Assembly: GCA_964618395.1 (NCBI GenBank)
Contig: CAZUAK010000001.1
Coordinates: 11,856 to 54,293 of the forward strand
DNA: 42,438 nt
Reading direction: 5' to 3'
From: an uncultured Sangeribacter sp.
GTDB taxonomy: Bacteria; Bacteroidota; Bacteroidia; Bacteroidales; Muribaculaceae
Below are positions 42,296-42,438 of the stretch, one piece after another; position 1 is the first letter of the stretch; each line of letters begins with the position of its first letter. The position numbers were made by a program, and so were the translations under genes. Below the pieces are notes generated by a model. The model had not been told where the DNA came from. It saw only the letters and a list, made by a program, of their open reading frames with translations, and did no database searches.

Positions 42296-42438
42296 TCTTC
42301 GTTAAGCCGAGGGAAGCCCCTCTTCTTTTTTGCAAAATTAATAACTTTATACGAACATACCAATTCTCATTCTATATTTTTGTGCTTTTTTCGTTCTCCA
42401 TCTTTGAAATTCGGCCATTTGTCCCCCAGACTTTCGTC

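Overview
Bacteroidales (probably Muribaculaceae-like) chromosomal segment, judged from TAnnTTTG promoter motifs, lipoprotein pilins and gene content. From left to right it holds: an ECF sigma factor; an M6 metalloprotease; a minus-strand DUF3575-DUF5119-fimbrillin (type V pilus-like) triad; housekeeping genes (dnaJ, grpE, ispE, MATE, DUF3822-rsmD, ribBA, S9 peptidase); a macrodomain-like small protein; a second, plus-strand pilus-like triad; an accessory block (AAA-PD-(D/E)XK protein, candidate sRNA, HipA-like kinase-DUF3037 pair, DUF4160-DUF2442 TA pair); a 15-kb purine operon (purE-purL-purM-purH-purD-folD-purB-purA-guaB-guaA); a cysteine-free thioredoxin-fold protein; and a GT2 glycosyltransferase. 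The most interesting signal is the ~225-nt leader of the purine operon. It contains a 48-codon uORF, nested stems, a 31/36 purine tract and a terminator-like hairpin with a competing antiterminator, and is a candidate purine-sensing attenuator or riboswitch. Intergenic DNA also carries several repeat families: GTAG- and CGTC-type REP-like hairpins, a dispersed CCCCGTTTCAAAAA element, and 9-bp and 18-bp tandem arrays. All family assignments are from motif recognition by eye, not database searches.
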